Assembly (NCBI GenBank): GCA_951406725.2 | Contig: OX597816.1 | Coordinates: 2,046,001-2,110,000 of the forward strand | Reading direction: 5' to 3' | Origin: Octopus vulgaris | Taxonomy: Eukaryota | DNA: 64,000 bases | Shown here: positions 1-13,731 of the stretch, in pieces | How the letters are laid out: each line of letters begins with the position of its first letter | How positions within the stretch are numbered: the stretch's first letter is position 1 | Position numbers and translations under genes: made by a program | The notes under the pieces: generated by a model | The model's database searches: none | Seen by the model: the letters and a program-made list of their open reading frames with translations, nothing else | What the model was told of the DNA's origin: nothing

Positions 1-830
1 CACTTCATTAAAATTTCGTGTTAATGAATCCAAACAATAGCTTAATAATAACAAAATTATTTTACTAAATTCTTCATTATTTTCAAATTAATTGAAACAA
101 AAGCAGTGGATTTTAGTACAAATTTGGTAACAAACGGGTTTAGTTGGTATTGTAATGTGTGTCAAGACCAAGCTATGAACATGTTAGATGATTGAAGTAT
201 AGGGGTATAAAATAGCTATGAAAGCATAACTGTTACAACATTTCACTTGCTGATTGTGTGTGAACGGAGCAAAGGTTTGTTTTAAAGATGTATCTTCTTT
301 AGTAACCTCTGCAGGTGAAGAGAAAATGAAAATAAGCGGAACTGATGATTAGAGAGAATGTGCAGATGTTGACATCTCTTGACCTCTTAAGTCTCTTAAC
401 ATAAATATTGTATAAATAATATTTATGGATTAATAAAGTCAAGAACATGGAAGCAGCAAAAGTAAGCGAATGCATATCACTGTGTGGATGACTAACTCAA
501 GTACATATACACATGTTTACATGGGCACGTGCTCTCTCTCTCTCTCTCACACATACACTTACGCACACAAGCATGTATACTTTCTTTCTCTCTCTCTCTC
601 TCACACACATGCACATGCTCTCACATTTTGGAAAAGCGAATATATCTGACAGGTTATGTGAAAGTCTCCCTCCTAACCAAAAAAATAGCATTGCTATTTT
701 AGAAAATTAGAATGACTGCCATGGAGAGAAAGTTGCATAAAATATGAAAGCTAATATTGGGATTGTTTTTTGCTTCATTTTCAGTATTTCCATTGGGTCT
801 ATGCCAGGATCTAGGTCATACTCCTTTTAA

Positions 831-1119
831 CCCTTTTGATACCAAAAGATATCAAAAGATTGCTATGATACAAATTCCCTCTTTTAAAGTGATCTAAATT
901 AGCCATTCTGCTACTATATTTTCATTGAAATACACTGTTTGTGTTTCAACTAATTTTGAAATGAGGAATTTAGTAAAATAAAATAATCATAATTAAATTG
1001 GCATTTTGAATATAAATTAACATGAAATTTTGATGCAAGTTTTAATTTAGTTCACTTTAAAACTGGAAGATTTTATTATAGAACCACGAGCAATCTCAAG
1101 CATGTTGGTATCAAAAAGA
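831..1119. mobile_element. TTAA-specific (piggyBac-type) MITE, family D
   Basis: TTAA at 827-830 and 1120-1123, ends CCCTTTTGATACC...GGTATCAAAAAGA. Body homologous to the copy at 50914-51136. Confidence 0.7.
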
Positions 1120-1705
1120 TTAAAACCTTCCCTCAAAATTACATGTTATATTTGAAACACCAAATTGTATTTTACTAAATGTTTCGTTATTTTCAAAAGT
1201 AATTGAAACAAAGGTAGTGTGTTTCAGTAGAAACACAGTTAGGAAAGGAGTTGATATTTTAAAACCATTTTAAACTTTAAAAGTGGCCTATTAATAATAG
1301 TACTTTCAGGCATTATAATGCTCAAGTAACACCAAGTTTTTAAAAGAATTTGGGATATTTTTTGATAATGTTGCATCCTTGTCTTTAAAAAATCCTTAGG
1401 AAAATGCTATCCTATCTTTATAAACACATTGTTTCCAGCAGTGTCCGTAGATGTATTTTACCATTTGTAGAGATTGTATTGTTGATATACTTTACCATGT
1501 TTAGTTGGGTTTCGAATAGGTTTGCCATATTTTTGCATGCTGCTGGCATCCAGTCATTAAACACTATCTCAGAAGACTCACCCAATGTATGCCTGCATGA
1601 ATAAGTGAATATGAAACACTTGTGATGATGGCAACAGTGACAATAACGACAGTGATTCACTATAACTATATTATTCTTGTAACATATGTCTGCAGTAGGT
1701 TTTAA

Positions 1706-2187
1706 CCCATTAGCATTTAAGTTGGCCATATCCAAGCCAAATATTCTACCAGTTTTATGTTGAAACCAGCTAGATCTGGCCTCTCACACCTACTCTACAA
1801 TGTCAGTAAAAAAATATACAACCCCATCGTCAAAATTTCAATGCTATGAGATAATCATATCATCATCATCATCATCATCATTTAACGTCCACCTTCCAAG
1901 CTGGCATGGGTTGGACGGCTGCACCAAGCTCCAATCTGATCTGTCAAGGTTTCTACAACTGGATGCTCTTCCTAATGCAGACCACTCTGAGAGTGTAGCG
2001 AGTGATTTTTATGTGCCACCGGCACGGAGGCTAGTCAGGTGGTACTGGCATCGTCCACGCTTGAATGGTGCTTTTTACATGCCACAGGCACAGGAGTCAA
2101 CCAGGCCGCACTGGCATTAACCACACTTGAATGGTGCTTTGAATAAATAAGCACTATATTTGACATGGTAATCTGAATGCTAAGGGA
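1706..2187. mobile_element. TTAA-flanked MITE interrupted by an RTE-tail repeat (1858-2140, - strand)
   Basis: Starts TTAA-CCCATTAGCATT and ends AATGCTAAGGG-A-TTAA. The insert begins with (CAT)n TTTAACGTCC...GCATGGGTTGGACGG. A related MITE end lies at about 14880-15072. Confidence 0.6.
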
Positions 2188-3961
2188 TTAAACTTATGTA
2201 TTGATTAAATACAGAGGTAGAGGACCAGACATCATAAACCAATTTGTATGGTTTGTTTGTTACTGTATGCTAAATATAGGTTGTACTGTGTTTTATACCA
2301 TATTTTTAGAGTAGGTTCATTATTCTAAAAGACTTAAAGGAAACATAAGACTGCAGATATTGGATGGTTTCATTCAGAATTAGTTATATACCACATTTTA
2401 ATAAAACTTTAATTTTAAAAAAATGCTTACACATAAACATTACAAGAAACTTGTGGAAGCCATTTTGATTAAAAAAAACAAATTCTGTCTTTAACTCTTT
2501 TGATAGCAACCTACATAGAACTGCCCTTGGTTCTATGGTTCTATGATACAAGCTTCCTGTTTTAAAGAGATCTATATTTAAAATCTTCCATCAAAATTTC
2601 ATGTTAATTTATGTTCCAAACACCAGATTAATAATAGAAAAAATTATTTTAGTAAATTCTTCATTATTTTCAAAATTAATTGAAAGGTTTAAATTCCAAG
2701 CATAGAAGCAGAACTTAGAATCAAGAGAGCTAAAAGCAGAAACTGAGCCTTGCCACCTTCAGAGAAATGGTTATGTGTGATATACAGGAAAAGGGATGCA
2801 AATTCCATTTGGTGAACTCAGTGCAAACTATGGATGTACAAGAGAGGCAGTGCTATTGCCATTAAGCTAACAGAAAAAAAAGTAAAACTTCATATGGTGT
2901 AGGTGCACTGGGGCAATAAGCACTAAGAGCACACAAGATATAGACATACAGACACACACACACGCACACACACACATATATATATACAATGGGCTTCTTT
3001 CAGTTTCTGCCTATCAAATCCACCCACAAGGCTTTGGTCAATCCGAGGCTATAGTAGAAGACACCCAAGATGCCATGCAATGGAGGAGAACCCAGAACCC
3101 AGTGGTTGAGTAGCAAGCTTCTTGCCACTGTTACCTTTCATGCATTGACTTTTCCTGCAGTAATCATGCCCAATCTTTCACTCCCTAATCAGAAGGCCTT
3201 CAGGGACCTTATCTCTCCCCATGTCTTTCCTGCAAGTTTCCTATCAGAACATTGACATCAATCTCATCAGCCTCAGGAAGGCCTGCAATAGTCTGCACCT
3301 TCCTCTGCATTTTTGAAACCTTAGTTTTCTAACTTGGTGGATCTAACTGTTCTAAATTTAGATTAAAAAGCTAAAATATGAGAAGAGAGATATAATTCAT
3401 TGTTAAATTTTTTATCTGTATAGAAAAACCATTGAAAGTATATTTAGAAAATATAAAGAAAAATTATAATACATATTAATATCTCAGTTTCTGCAAAATT
3501 TTTAATATAAAAGCAGAAAAACATAAAATTTTACCTACAGTTCTTATTTTTGGTTCAACAGCTGTTTCATTAAGATAAACACCATTAAATATATGATTAC
3601 AGATTTTGATGCACAATTGATTTAAAAGCTGTGTTTACTCAAATAATAACAAATTTGGTGTGTTATGTTAGAAAGCTGTTACTGATTTAAACAGAGATGC
3701 AATCAATGATAATTCTAATGCTCATTATGAAACCTGTTTGTGTTTATGTACTTTGAAAATGGTACGTTTCACTTGGCAGTGACAGTTTTGCATTACTTTC
3801 CAGTTTTTACATCACACAAAGAGAAGTTTTAAATTCAAAGAGCCGTAACCATAGAGTTGATGTAATTTGTTGTAGAAATTTTATATAAATGTTGCAATAA
3901 AAAAATTCAATATAACAATAGTTTTTCAACATCTATAGAAAGAGCAAGATTTTAACTGGTA

Positions 3962-4776
3962 CAGTCAACTCTCGCTACTATGCCACCCTGCGGGACTGAG
4001 CCAAAGTAGCATAGTACCGAGGGTCTGTCATCTAAACACTACATAACCAAAAATTTACCGAACATACAAATAAAAATTCATAGGGTAGGAAGTAAGGCCA
4101 ATAAGAAGTTCAATGCAATGGTAAAAAGAAGACATCCAAGTTTATTAAGTTCAGATTGCTTTTAGTTAATCCCGAAGCTCTCAAAGATTGTCGGCTGACG
4201 CATCTTCTTTCGGCGGATTTTATTCATTTCGTTGTCTAGCCTATCACACGCCTGCATGATGCTGGGTTTTCCGCTGCTCTGCTGCTGCATAAACTTTCGG
4301 AAAAGTGCTCCATGCTCTCTGGGCATCTGCAAACGAAACGTATTCCTCTTCCACAATTACCTCGTCGTCTTCACTTTCCACCGGCTCTTCGTTATGCATT
4401 ACCTCCTTTGCTATTTCTTCTAGAGGGAAACATGTCGGACAATACAAGGGGCGGTAACTTGTATCAGATATTACTAATGATACGAAGGGCCCGACAATAA
4501 CGTTTTTCGCAGCATCGATAATCTCCTTCTTTTCCTTCAGCGTAAACTCAGTCCGCTTGCGTTTCTGAGCTGACATTGTGTGCAACTTTCTGAACTTTTC
4601 CACAAAATTACAAATACGAAATGTACAAAATGTAGGAGTACAAAATTTCGAAAAGTTGCGTGCGCTTCAGTTTACAAGTGGCATAGTAGCAAGAGTTGAG
4701 GGTGGCATAGTAAAAAGTTTTTGTTTATTATTTGGCCGGGACCGCACAAAACTGGCATAGTAGCGAGAGTTGACTG
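3962..4776 (-). mobile_element. Internally deleted pogo/Tigger-type DNA transposon
   Basis: Perfect 24-bp TIRs CAGTCAACTCTCGCTACTATGCCA, with TA on both sides (3960-3961, 4777-4778). The - strand ORF MSAQKRKRTEFTLKEKKEIIDAAK is a CENP-B/psq-type HTH start joined to an acidic C-terminal piece. The DDE core is missing. Confidence 0.9.
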
Positions 4777-5527
4777 TATTGTAATTTTATGTGATTAAGA
4801 AGATTGCCTCCCAACCATGTGGCTCTCAGTTCAATCCCACTGCACAACACCTTGAGCAGGCATCTTCTATTATATGCTTGGTCCAGCTTGAAGTCTTGTG
4901 AATGAATTTCTTAGGCAGAAACTGAAAGAAGTGTGTGTGTGTATTTGTGTATTCCTGTCTCAACATCATATGCTTCTGTGAAAAGCCTGTCAAACTGAAG
5001 GGAAATGCTACCTATCTTGGAAATAGCTATGGGTTGGCAAATAGGCATCTGGTCATAGAAAATCTACCCCAATGAATTCTGTTCAGAACATGCAAGCATC
5101 AAAAACTGAATTTTAAAACAATGTTGCTGCTCATAATGAAATTGCTGTGTTTGTAGATTTTGTTTGAACTTCTACCTTATAATTTACATTCAGCTCTTCT
5201 AGATTCACACACACCCCACTACACCCACACAAAAATGTGAGCGTACAAATGGATTCTTTGAGCTGGGTATTAAGGCCAGTTTTTGTAAACTACTATAGGT
5301 TTAGTCAACTGAATTTACTGAAGTATATAGCATTGCCATTTATTTTATTTACCCCAGAAGAATGAAATGCAAAGCTGCTCTCAGTTGGATCATTATATAT
5401 ATATATAGATAGATATAGACATAGATATTTTTTCACCCAAAGCTGATAGTATTCAACAGTTTATGTGCCTTGTTTTCTAAAGTGTGTGTGTGGTTCTGTT
5501 TCTGCCTTCATTCGGTTCTTGTGTTAG

Positions 5528-5560
5528 ATGTTTAAGTATAATCAATATTTATTTCAAGCT
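5528..5560 (+). CDS. Candidate 33-nt microexon (MFKYNQYLFQA in phase 0, or xCLSIINIYFKL in phase 2)
   Basis: Pyrimidine tract TTTCTGCCTTCATTCGGTTCTTGTGTTAG, perfect donor GTAAGT, length a multiple of 3, non-repetitive flanks. Confidence 0.45.
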
Positions 5561-5741
5561 GTAAGTGGTTTGATGTTAATAACCTGTGAATGGAAGAGGA
5601 TAGAAGAAGTCAGCTGAACCTTTTCAAGTGCTAGCAATCAATTACTTTATTATGATTGCATATGCGCATGACTCTTTATCCTCTTCAACATCATTTGAGA
5701 AAGCACTGGCAAATTCTTTGATCTGTTGGGTGATATATATA

Positions 5742-5782
<41 letters not shown>

Positions 5783-6566
5783 CTATGTATGTTATATATA
5801 TATATAATGGCTGTTACTAAGAGCATCCTAAAGGGATCAGATGATTTTCCATGTCATCTGTGTGCTTTGCTTCAGTGACTTAAGGTTCTCTGTAATCTTA
5901 TACAGTTATTCTTCTGGTGAATAGTTTCACATTCTTTTATGATAATATTGTTGTCTGTTTACATTATTTTATTTGTGGAACCTTTTAGAGAGTATTAGAA
6001 TTTATTAGTAATCTATGAAAAGAACTAATTGCATCATAAGTTTTCTCAAACCACAGGTTTAATCAATTTAGTCTGTCTTTATTTTGGAAATGTTTATATC
6101 TGCTCACTTAGGTAATTCATTATAATTTTACACCACGAAACCTAGTTTATGCTTTATAAAAACAGCACTGAAATATATCCCCAACAAATCATCATTTAAT
6201 GTCCATGTTCCATGCTAGCAGGGGTTAGAGGGTCTGAGAGGACCCTATAATTTTAAAGACTGCATTATGCTCCAGTAACCGTTTTGACATGGTTTCTATA
6301 GCTGGATCACCTTCCTAATTCCAGCTACTTTATTAAATGCACTGGGTGCTATTTTCATGGCACCAGCACTAGTGAGGTTGCCATGCAGCTTGCAAGACTA
6401 AGGTCCCTTCAATTGAGTGACTACAATAGAGAGGGAGGAGACTTTTTGCAATAGTAAGAATGGTTAAAGTGTGAGAGCAATAGGCTTGAACACAAAAGGT
6501 TTTCTATTCTAGATGAGCTACACTTATGCAAGTGACTTGGGTGGAAGTGGAAAGAGATAAGAAATG

Positions 6567-6771
6567 CAGTCATCCCTCACCATATCGCGGTTCACCTATT
6601 GCTCACTCAGTACATCGTGGATTTTTCTGGCTAATATATGTAAATTTATATCGCGGACTCCTCAGTATATCCAGGTTTCTGTGGTCGATAGATATTTATA
6701 TTTTTTTATATTTTAATTATTTCTTTGGGAGGTTTTGAAATGTAACACTTGCAATAGTCAATGAATTACTG
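6567..6771. mobile_element. Degenerate pogo/Tigger-like MITE inserted in a decayed RTE 3' UTR (about 6190-6910, -)
   Basis: Left end CAGTCATCCCTCACCATATCGCGG, right end ...ATGAATTACTG-TA, CpG-rich interior. Confidence 0.5.
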
Positions 6772-7726
6772 TAGTGGTGATTGTCAGGGTGGAGGACCCT
6801 CAAGATTCAGAGTGAGTAGAAGTGAGAGGGGACAGGAGAACAAGAAGTGTGGGTGGGTAGAGCTTGCATGAGTGTGTGAGACAGTGAAAGGTGATTAGAG
6901 GTAGAAATGCTGGAATATTGAGTTTTTAAAATAGTTTTATTTTTGGATGGGATATTATTTCCTTTTATGCAAACTGTCAAATTTAACCTGAACAGCCTCT
7001 CTCTCTATGTGTGTGTGTGTTTCACTTTCATGTGCTGGTTGTGAATAAGCATTACTGTCTTATAGGCAGTGCTGTTCATTTCCCATGAAGACATGTCGGA
7101 CCATTTTGCTCTTTGTGTTCAAAGGACTAAGGAAAATATTTCCTTGCTTGAAGATAGGTACAGGTTGGCCACAAAAATAGCATCTTGCCATAGAAAATCA
7201 GCCTGAATGTAATTATTATATCCTTATTCAAAACGAATTATGCTGAGTGCTTTATTTTGATAATCTAGGAATAAGTGTCTCTGCCATTTTCCAGTCAGTT
7301 GTAGTTGTTGAATCTATTGTTTTGTCTGGTTGTGCTGGTCAGATCTGTAACACAAACAACTGATTGAATGTTTAGTTCAAATGTAAGACTTGTTTTTTTT
7401 TTGTTCATTCTTTGTTCTGTCTTTTTCCATGCTAGCACAGGTTAGAGGAATGTATTACTGAGGTATTGTCTTACAGCTGGATACCTTTCTTGTTGTTAAC
7501 CCTTACCCGTTTTATTAAAGATATTATTACCTTTTGTCTTTTGGTCATCTATGTGATTAGAAATAATGCTTCAAACTGAATATATATCTTTCTTTTTTGG
7601 TAAAATTTCATGCAACTTTTCTTCACAAATTTGGAAACAATTTATGAGTCCCATTTTCTATAATATAATATTCCAGCAAAGTTTTAAATTTATTAAAAAG
7701 TACTGAAAAAAAAATCTTTGATTTAA

Positions 7727-7920
7727 CTCTCTTCTTGCCATTCTGTCTTAGGTCACTTTTCGTTCTATGACACAAACTTTCTGTTGCCATCAATAGTTCA
7801 TGTTACTTTGTTCCAAATACCACTTTAATGATGACAGTTATTTTACTAAATTCTTCATTATTTTCAAAATTAATCAGAACAAACGCAATGTGTTTCAACA
7901 GAAATATAGTAACAAAAAGG
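7727..7920. mobile_element. TTAA MITE, family D (further copies at about 1-142, 2495-2688, 18380-18590, 62030-62260)
   Basis: TTAA at both ends. Shares the family core TTATTTTACTAAATTCTTCATTATTTTCAAAATTAATTGAAAC. Confidence 0.65.
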
Positions 7921-9718
7921 TTAAAGTGATCTGAATTAAAAAGAATGCTAGATTATCTACTGGTTATGCATTCTAATTATGACAATTTTTTTTTCTGGAA
8001 GTTTGACTTAAAGCATTTGGGAGTATTGTAAAGGATTTGCTTAGAAATGTTTTGTCCCACAAAATTACACTAATTATAGCTATATAGTTGATTGAGATAA
8101 TGATATTATTTTGTGATAGTATAAAAAAAAATGGGTGTATTCTTTATATTCCTGGGTATTTTTTAATCCCATATTGTTTCTCTTGAATTCAATTTTTTTT
8201 TTCTTACTCTTCTTTTTATTCTAATATTTTCAGAAATTTCTTTGTTTCATTTTTCACTATTTCAGTCTCTTCAAATTCTTTCTTTTGTCATTTTTTGTTT
8301 CTCCAGAAAACAATTTGCATTCCTTTTTGATTTTTTTTAGGGATCATTTATGCCATTTTCAATCATTTTGCGATATAATAGATGATTTCTTTCACAAAAT
8401 TTGAATGACAATTTTTCTTTGAAAAGATGGGACTTTGTTAAAAGAAAAGACAAGAAAAACATAACTTGGGTTTTTATTTGTATTTTATTTCTTGTCAGTA
8501 TTTATGTTGCTATGGGAATTTATCCTTACTGTGCATTGTATTGAGTTTTATAGCTGGATGCTTGTTCACTCTCTCTCACTTTCTTAGCTCCCCTTCCTCA
8601 TGCCTCTCTGGTGTCTTTTTAGAATTATAGGGTGTCTTTCTACTTTTCATTCATCAAGAGAAATAGAAGAAGAGATTCACTGGATGTAGAACATAAGTCC
8701 TGTTACCTAGGTGACATTATTAATTCTGAAATGGAATATCTGATAACATCTCAATGTATGATTCAAAGTGACTAGAAGTTTAAGCAATGGGACCCACCCA
8801 CTTGGTGAAAAAGCAGATTTACTGTGTGTGTGTGTGTGTGTGAAAAGTATATCGTGCATGGAGCAATTATTAGGCTGGGAAGTCAGAGTAAGCATTAATT
8901 GGATATGCAACATGTACATGATGGGCAAACTCAGTGCAAATAAGTTGGTGAAATATTTGCATATAAAAAGTACAATCCAGCAAAGATGACTACACAAGAA
9001 TATTTTTAGTTAATCCTCTTATGAATCACAAAATATCAAATGGCTAGCTTTTGTCAGTTGATACTGTTTAATTTCTATATTATCTGTGGTAAATATAGCT
9101 GAGACACTTCAATGTCAGAGTAGCTCTATTGTATTTCATGTTGATGTTCTTGATTCTGTGTTCATTTCGTAGATTAGTAAATAAATAGGTAGATATTGAT
9201 ATTGAAGTTAAGTTTCACTTTGTCAGTTTTGAATAGCACCACTCTTCATCTACTGAAAATTGTGTTTTCAAGTCTTTAGTTAAGGCCAATCATCATATTG
9301 AACATCTGTATTGAGAAGAAGCTTTGTTTTCTGATTAATCAGTTGATAGCTAATTATCTCCACATTAATCAGTTGATAGCCTGACATATTCATTTCTAAG
9401 TTAAAAGGGTAGGTGGAGTTTTCTGAGTTAAATGCCATCACTGGAAATGGAGGTTAGCCTGGTGGTTTTTAAGGTTATAGAAATGTGGTCAAGTCCTTTC
9501 AATATTCAAGATAACAATTAGTATTCTTTAGTGAATTGTAATTACTGTATTTCATTTATTCAGATACAACATAAATAACTGTAATCTTCTTTCTAGGTTA
9601 TCAACTAGTCCTTAGAACTATCTATTTCCCAATGTTATTTTAAATTACATGGAGATTTAGTTTTTGTTTTATATTTTAATAGATCAAAAACTATGTAAAT
9701 TAATTTTACTGTTTTCAG

Positions 9719-9755
9719 AATGATGTCCACATGTGGTATGTGTCTCAACAGCAAG
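9719..9755 (+). CDS. Candidate 37-nt exon (NDVHMWYVSQQQ+G or xMMSTCGMCLNSK); an alternative donor GTATGT gives 9719-9735
   Basis: Acceptor TTAATTTTACTGTTTTCAG. Donors AAG|GTAGTG or GTG|GTATGT. Confidence 0.4.
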
Positions 9756-9789
9756 GTAGTGTGTCAGTGAAAGTAATGAGTTATTAGGG

Positions 9790-10070
9790 AAAAGTGTGTA
9801 TGGAATGATTAGCAGTGTGCTTGCCATCACTTTCTAAAAAGATGGATGGAATCTTACTTTGGCTGATGAATAAATGTGGAGAATGCATGGGAGAGAAAGG
9901 ATCTATTCAAGGGAACCCAACGGAGTGACTGCCATGGCCTGGAAAAGGATCTGAAAAGTGAGAAGAGATGCTGAAAATATCCAATGCTGGTTCCTTGCGT
10001 AGTTAATTGGATAGTACAAAGTGGTGTCATATCCCAATGATTGGTATAGTAATATCACCATCAAAGAAGA
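9790..10070 (+). mobile_element. Very degenerate RTE-type LINE ORF fragment
   Basis: Frameshifted motifs EMLKIS and PNDWYSNITI resemble the pre-RT region of RTE-clade LINEs. Confidence 0.4.
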
Positions 10071-12177
10071 TACTCTAAAATATTTGTCATTTTGTTTTTT
10101 TTTTGGTAGAGGAAATGAAATGAAACTGTTAAAAATGAAAAAAAAAAGAAAAGAAAAATGGGTAAAAAAAGTGTGGTTGACCTCCTTAATCAAGAATTAC
10201 AATGCTCAGATGGTGGTGGTGGTGGTGGAGGGCAACCTGAACAGGGATTTTGAAATTAAAAGTATATTTTATCTTGAAAATATAATTTATTGGTAATTTC
10301 CAGTTAACTGTCGAACACTGCTGAAGCTAATTAGCTCTTATTTAGGTATTTTGTGGATTATAGCCAACAGTGTGCACCCTCCCCATCCCGCCCTCTACAT
10401 ACACACAAAAAAGAAAGAAAAAATCTGTCATCAAATTTTTGTGAAAAGTATGATTGCCTAGAAGCCAAACATTTACTAATTAGGCCCTACTGAAATCCAT
10501 TGTTCTTAAGGGGAAATTTCATTAAATATCTAAGATTTGTGTTAAAAGTTGATGTAATTGGAGGATTTCGCTTTGAAAATTTAGGTTTCTGAGTACAGTT
10601 ATACTGATTATTGAAAAAAAATTTTTAAATCAATATTTTTGTTATTTTCAATGATAAAAGATTAGAGACTTGATTGATTTCTTTTCTGTCCCTGGGTTTA
10701 GATTAAGAGAATCTGGATTAAATGTCGTAAAATATAAATTAGTTTCAGGTATTTTTCATTTCTGGAAGGGAGAGATTTGAAATTGGTGGCAAGTGACTTG
10801 GCTATAAGCTAAAACTAGATCTTAATTTCTTTTACAATAGATTGTATCTTGATTTACACAGACCAGCTTAATTATTTCTCTGTTGTTGCTAATCATGTAC
10901 TCTTACCAAATATTTCTATCACATTTCTTCTAGAAGTTCTAAAGTGATGTTCTTACATGAATTCTATTGTTTAGTTTTATGTAACGGGAATCGGTCAGCT
11001 CACGATGCTTGTTTCTGGTGCTGTTTTTGTTGGATGAGTAGCTATTGGTCAAAATATTTACTTATTTTAAGAAAAACATCCTTTCCAGTGAAAGCTTAAC
11101 CATAATTTCATATATTTGTGTGTACACACACACATGTAAAACTTTCACTCTCTCTTCTATAATGTGAGTAACCATGTAATATCCCCCCTACAGCAAAAAA
11201 CTGTTTTCTTCTGGTCCCTTCTCATACCTTAACCTCTCTCATCAGGTACTTTATTTAATCAACCCTGAAAGGATGAATGGCAAAGTTGATACAGGTGGAA
11301 TTTGATTGTAATGAGTTAAGAGAAATATCATTAAGCAAAGTTGTCAATAATAATAATAATACAGCAGGACACTTGAAGGAAATACTATACCGAATGTAAT
11401 CTTAAAAATGTAATGTTTGTAAAGAAATAGAATATTAGTTACCATGGAAAAGAAAACTTTCTTTAATCTGGTTTATGACTGTGACTTCTAGCAAAATCTT
11501 TAATGGTAGAAGACAAAACAATTTTAATTTTTGCAAGCTGTTTATTGCAATTTTATATTTCTCATTCAAAATTCACTTGTGTCAAAAGAAGTGCATCATT
11601 GGTTTTTGTTTTTGTCATTCATGATCTGGGTAAGAACTGCTCTAAAAGATATTGTGGTACTTTCTTCAGACGATGGAGTGGTATTATTCTTAGGTCAAGT
11701 AATAGTGTCAATAGCTCACTTGACAATATATTTGAGATTCTTAAAGACTTCCTTCTAGAAAAGAATGGTAATGCTTCATTTCCTTATTGCTCTTTTAGCA
11801 GAAAACATTTGAAACTATTAAATAATAGATATTTTAAGGAGGGTCAATTTTCTTGAAGTACTTTGTATAAGGATAAATACCAGTATTTCATATATTTACC
11901 AGAAATTCTTATATATGCTTAAATTTACATAGACACAATCATCATCATCATCATCTGTATGTATATATGCTTGTGTGTGTGTGATGTAAATGTAAGAATA
12001 GCTGTGTGGTTAAGAAGCTTGCTTCTCAACCACATGGTCTCGGGTTCAGTCCTGCTGTATGGCACCATGGGCAAATGTCTCCTACTATAGCTTCAGTTGA
12101 CCAAAGCCTTGCCAGTAGATTTTCAAGGTGGGGCTGCCTCAGCATGATTGCAGTCTGATGACTGAGACAAGTAAAAG

Positions 12178-12226
<49 letters not shown>

Positions 12227-12985
12227 AAGGTTATGAGCTATAAGTTGGGTTGTTGTCACTTCTGTCTACAAATTGCCTGCTTACTCTGCACCTTCATCAA
12301 TGCGTGTTAAAAGAAATTCCTGACTTGAAAAACAAGGAAAGCTTAGCAACAGGAAGGGCAACCAGTTGTAAAACAATTCCTCAGTAACATTAAATTTCTC
12401 CCATTTTCAATATTGAAAAAAACAAATGTAAAAAACAAAAAAAAAAAAAAAAAAAAACAGAACCCCGAACAACATTCTGAGTATAGTGTTGAAAAACCTT
12501 GTAAATGATTGCTATAATCTGCTGTAATCAAGTGGTTTATCTGTCATCTTCAGATTTTCAAATATTTCCTTTTTATCTGCCGTCATCTTGATGTTCTTTC
12601 ATGTAGGCATGTTGCAGAAGACTTAATAGGCATTTTTTTCTCTCTCAAAACCTGTTTGAGAATTTTATATAATTTCTTAACTATTGATTTGCTTTATACA
12701 AGTGCTTTATTGACAAGGAATTGTCTCATTATGTAATCTGTCTAGGATATATATTGATAATGTTAATAATATATTAGTCTCTATAGCTCACCAATTTCAA
12801 ACAGATGTGTCATTTGTTGTTTTTTATGATACTGATTTGAAATCGTTCCAAAGATGACAGAAAACTTCTATGTTTTCTCAACGGTAGAATCTTCCCAATT
12901 ACTGTAGTTAAAAGAAAACAAACAAATCTCAAGCATTTTTTTTTTTTTTTTCATTTGTAATTTTGAAACTATTGATTTAGAATTA

Positions 12986-13210
12986 TTTACTCTTTACTCT
13001 TTTACTTGTTTCAGTCATTTGACTGTGGCCATGCTGGAGCACACCGCCTTTAGTTGAGCAAATCGACCCCAGGACTTATTCTTTGTAAGCCTAGTACTTA
13101 TTCTATCGGTCTCTTTTGCCGAACCGCTAAGTTACAGGGATGCAAACACACCAGCATCGGTTGTCAAGCAATGTTGGGGGGACAAACACAGACACATAAA
13201 CACACACACA

Positions 13211-13280
<70 letters not shown>

Positions 13281-13464
13281 TACATATATATGCATATATA
13301 CAATGGGCTTCTTTCAGTTTCCGTCTACTAAATCCACTCACAAGGCTTTGGTCGGCCTGAGGTTCTACTAGAAGACACTTGCCCAAGGTGCCATGCAGTT
13401 GGAACTGAACCCAGAACCATGTGGTTGGTAAGCAAGCTACTTACCACACAGCCGCTCCTGCGCC
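12986..13464 (-). mobile_element. Full-length tRNA-derived SINE, family A, with internal (TA)n(TG)n
   Basis: Reverse complement of the copies at 18715 and 29686. A-box/B-box-like head, internal microsatellite, 3' tail of AAAGAGTA repeats. Confidence 0.9.
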
Positions 13465-13603
13465 TAGTTGTTTCATTTTTCTCTTAAATTGTTCTGCAAA
13501 CCTAGCTTTTAGTTTCATTTACAATAAAATTATTATCATTATAACTTTCACTATTCCATGCTTCCATGGATCAAACAGAATTCGTTGAGACAGATTTTCT
13601 ATG

Positions 13604-13731
13604 GAGTGAACTGGAGCAACGTGAAATAAGGTGTCTTGCTCAAGAACACCACATGCAACCTGGTCTGGGAATTGAACTCACAACCTTATGATCGTAAGCT
13701 TGACGCTCTAACCACTGAGCCATGTGCCTTC
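13604..13731 (-). mobile_element. tRNA-derived SINE head with a CORE-like segment
   Basis: - strand TGGCTCAGTGGTTAGAGCG...GAGTTCAATTCCC (A/B boxes), followed by GTGTTCTTGAGCAAGACAC. No full cloverleaf. Confidence 0.7.

Noticed and set aside
1270-1620. Protein-like - strand reading (also 11503-11856 and 46103-46351)
   Set aside because: No recognisable motif or consistent splice signals; lengths are compatible with chance or very old TE debris.
3695-3761. Possible Cys-rich exon ending at GTACGT
   Set aside because: The acceptor lacks a pyrimidine tract.
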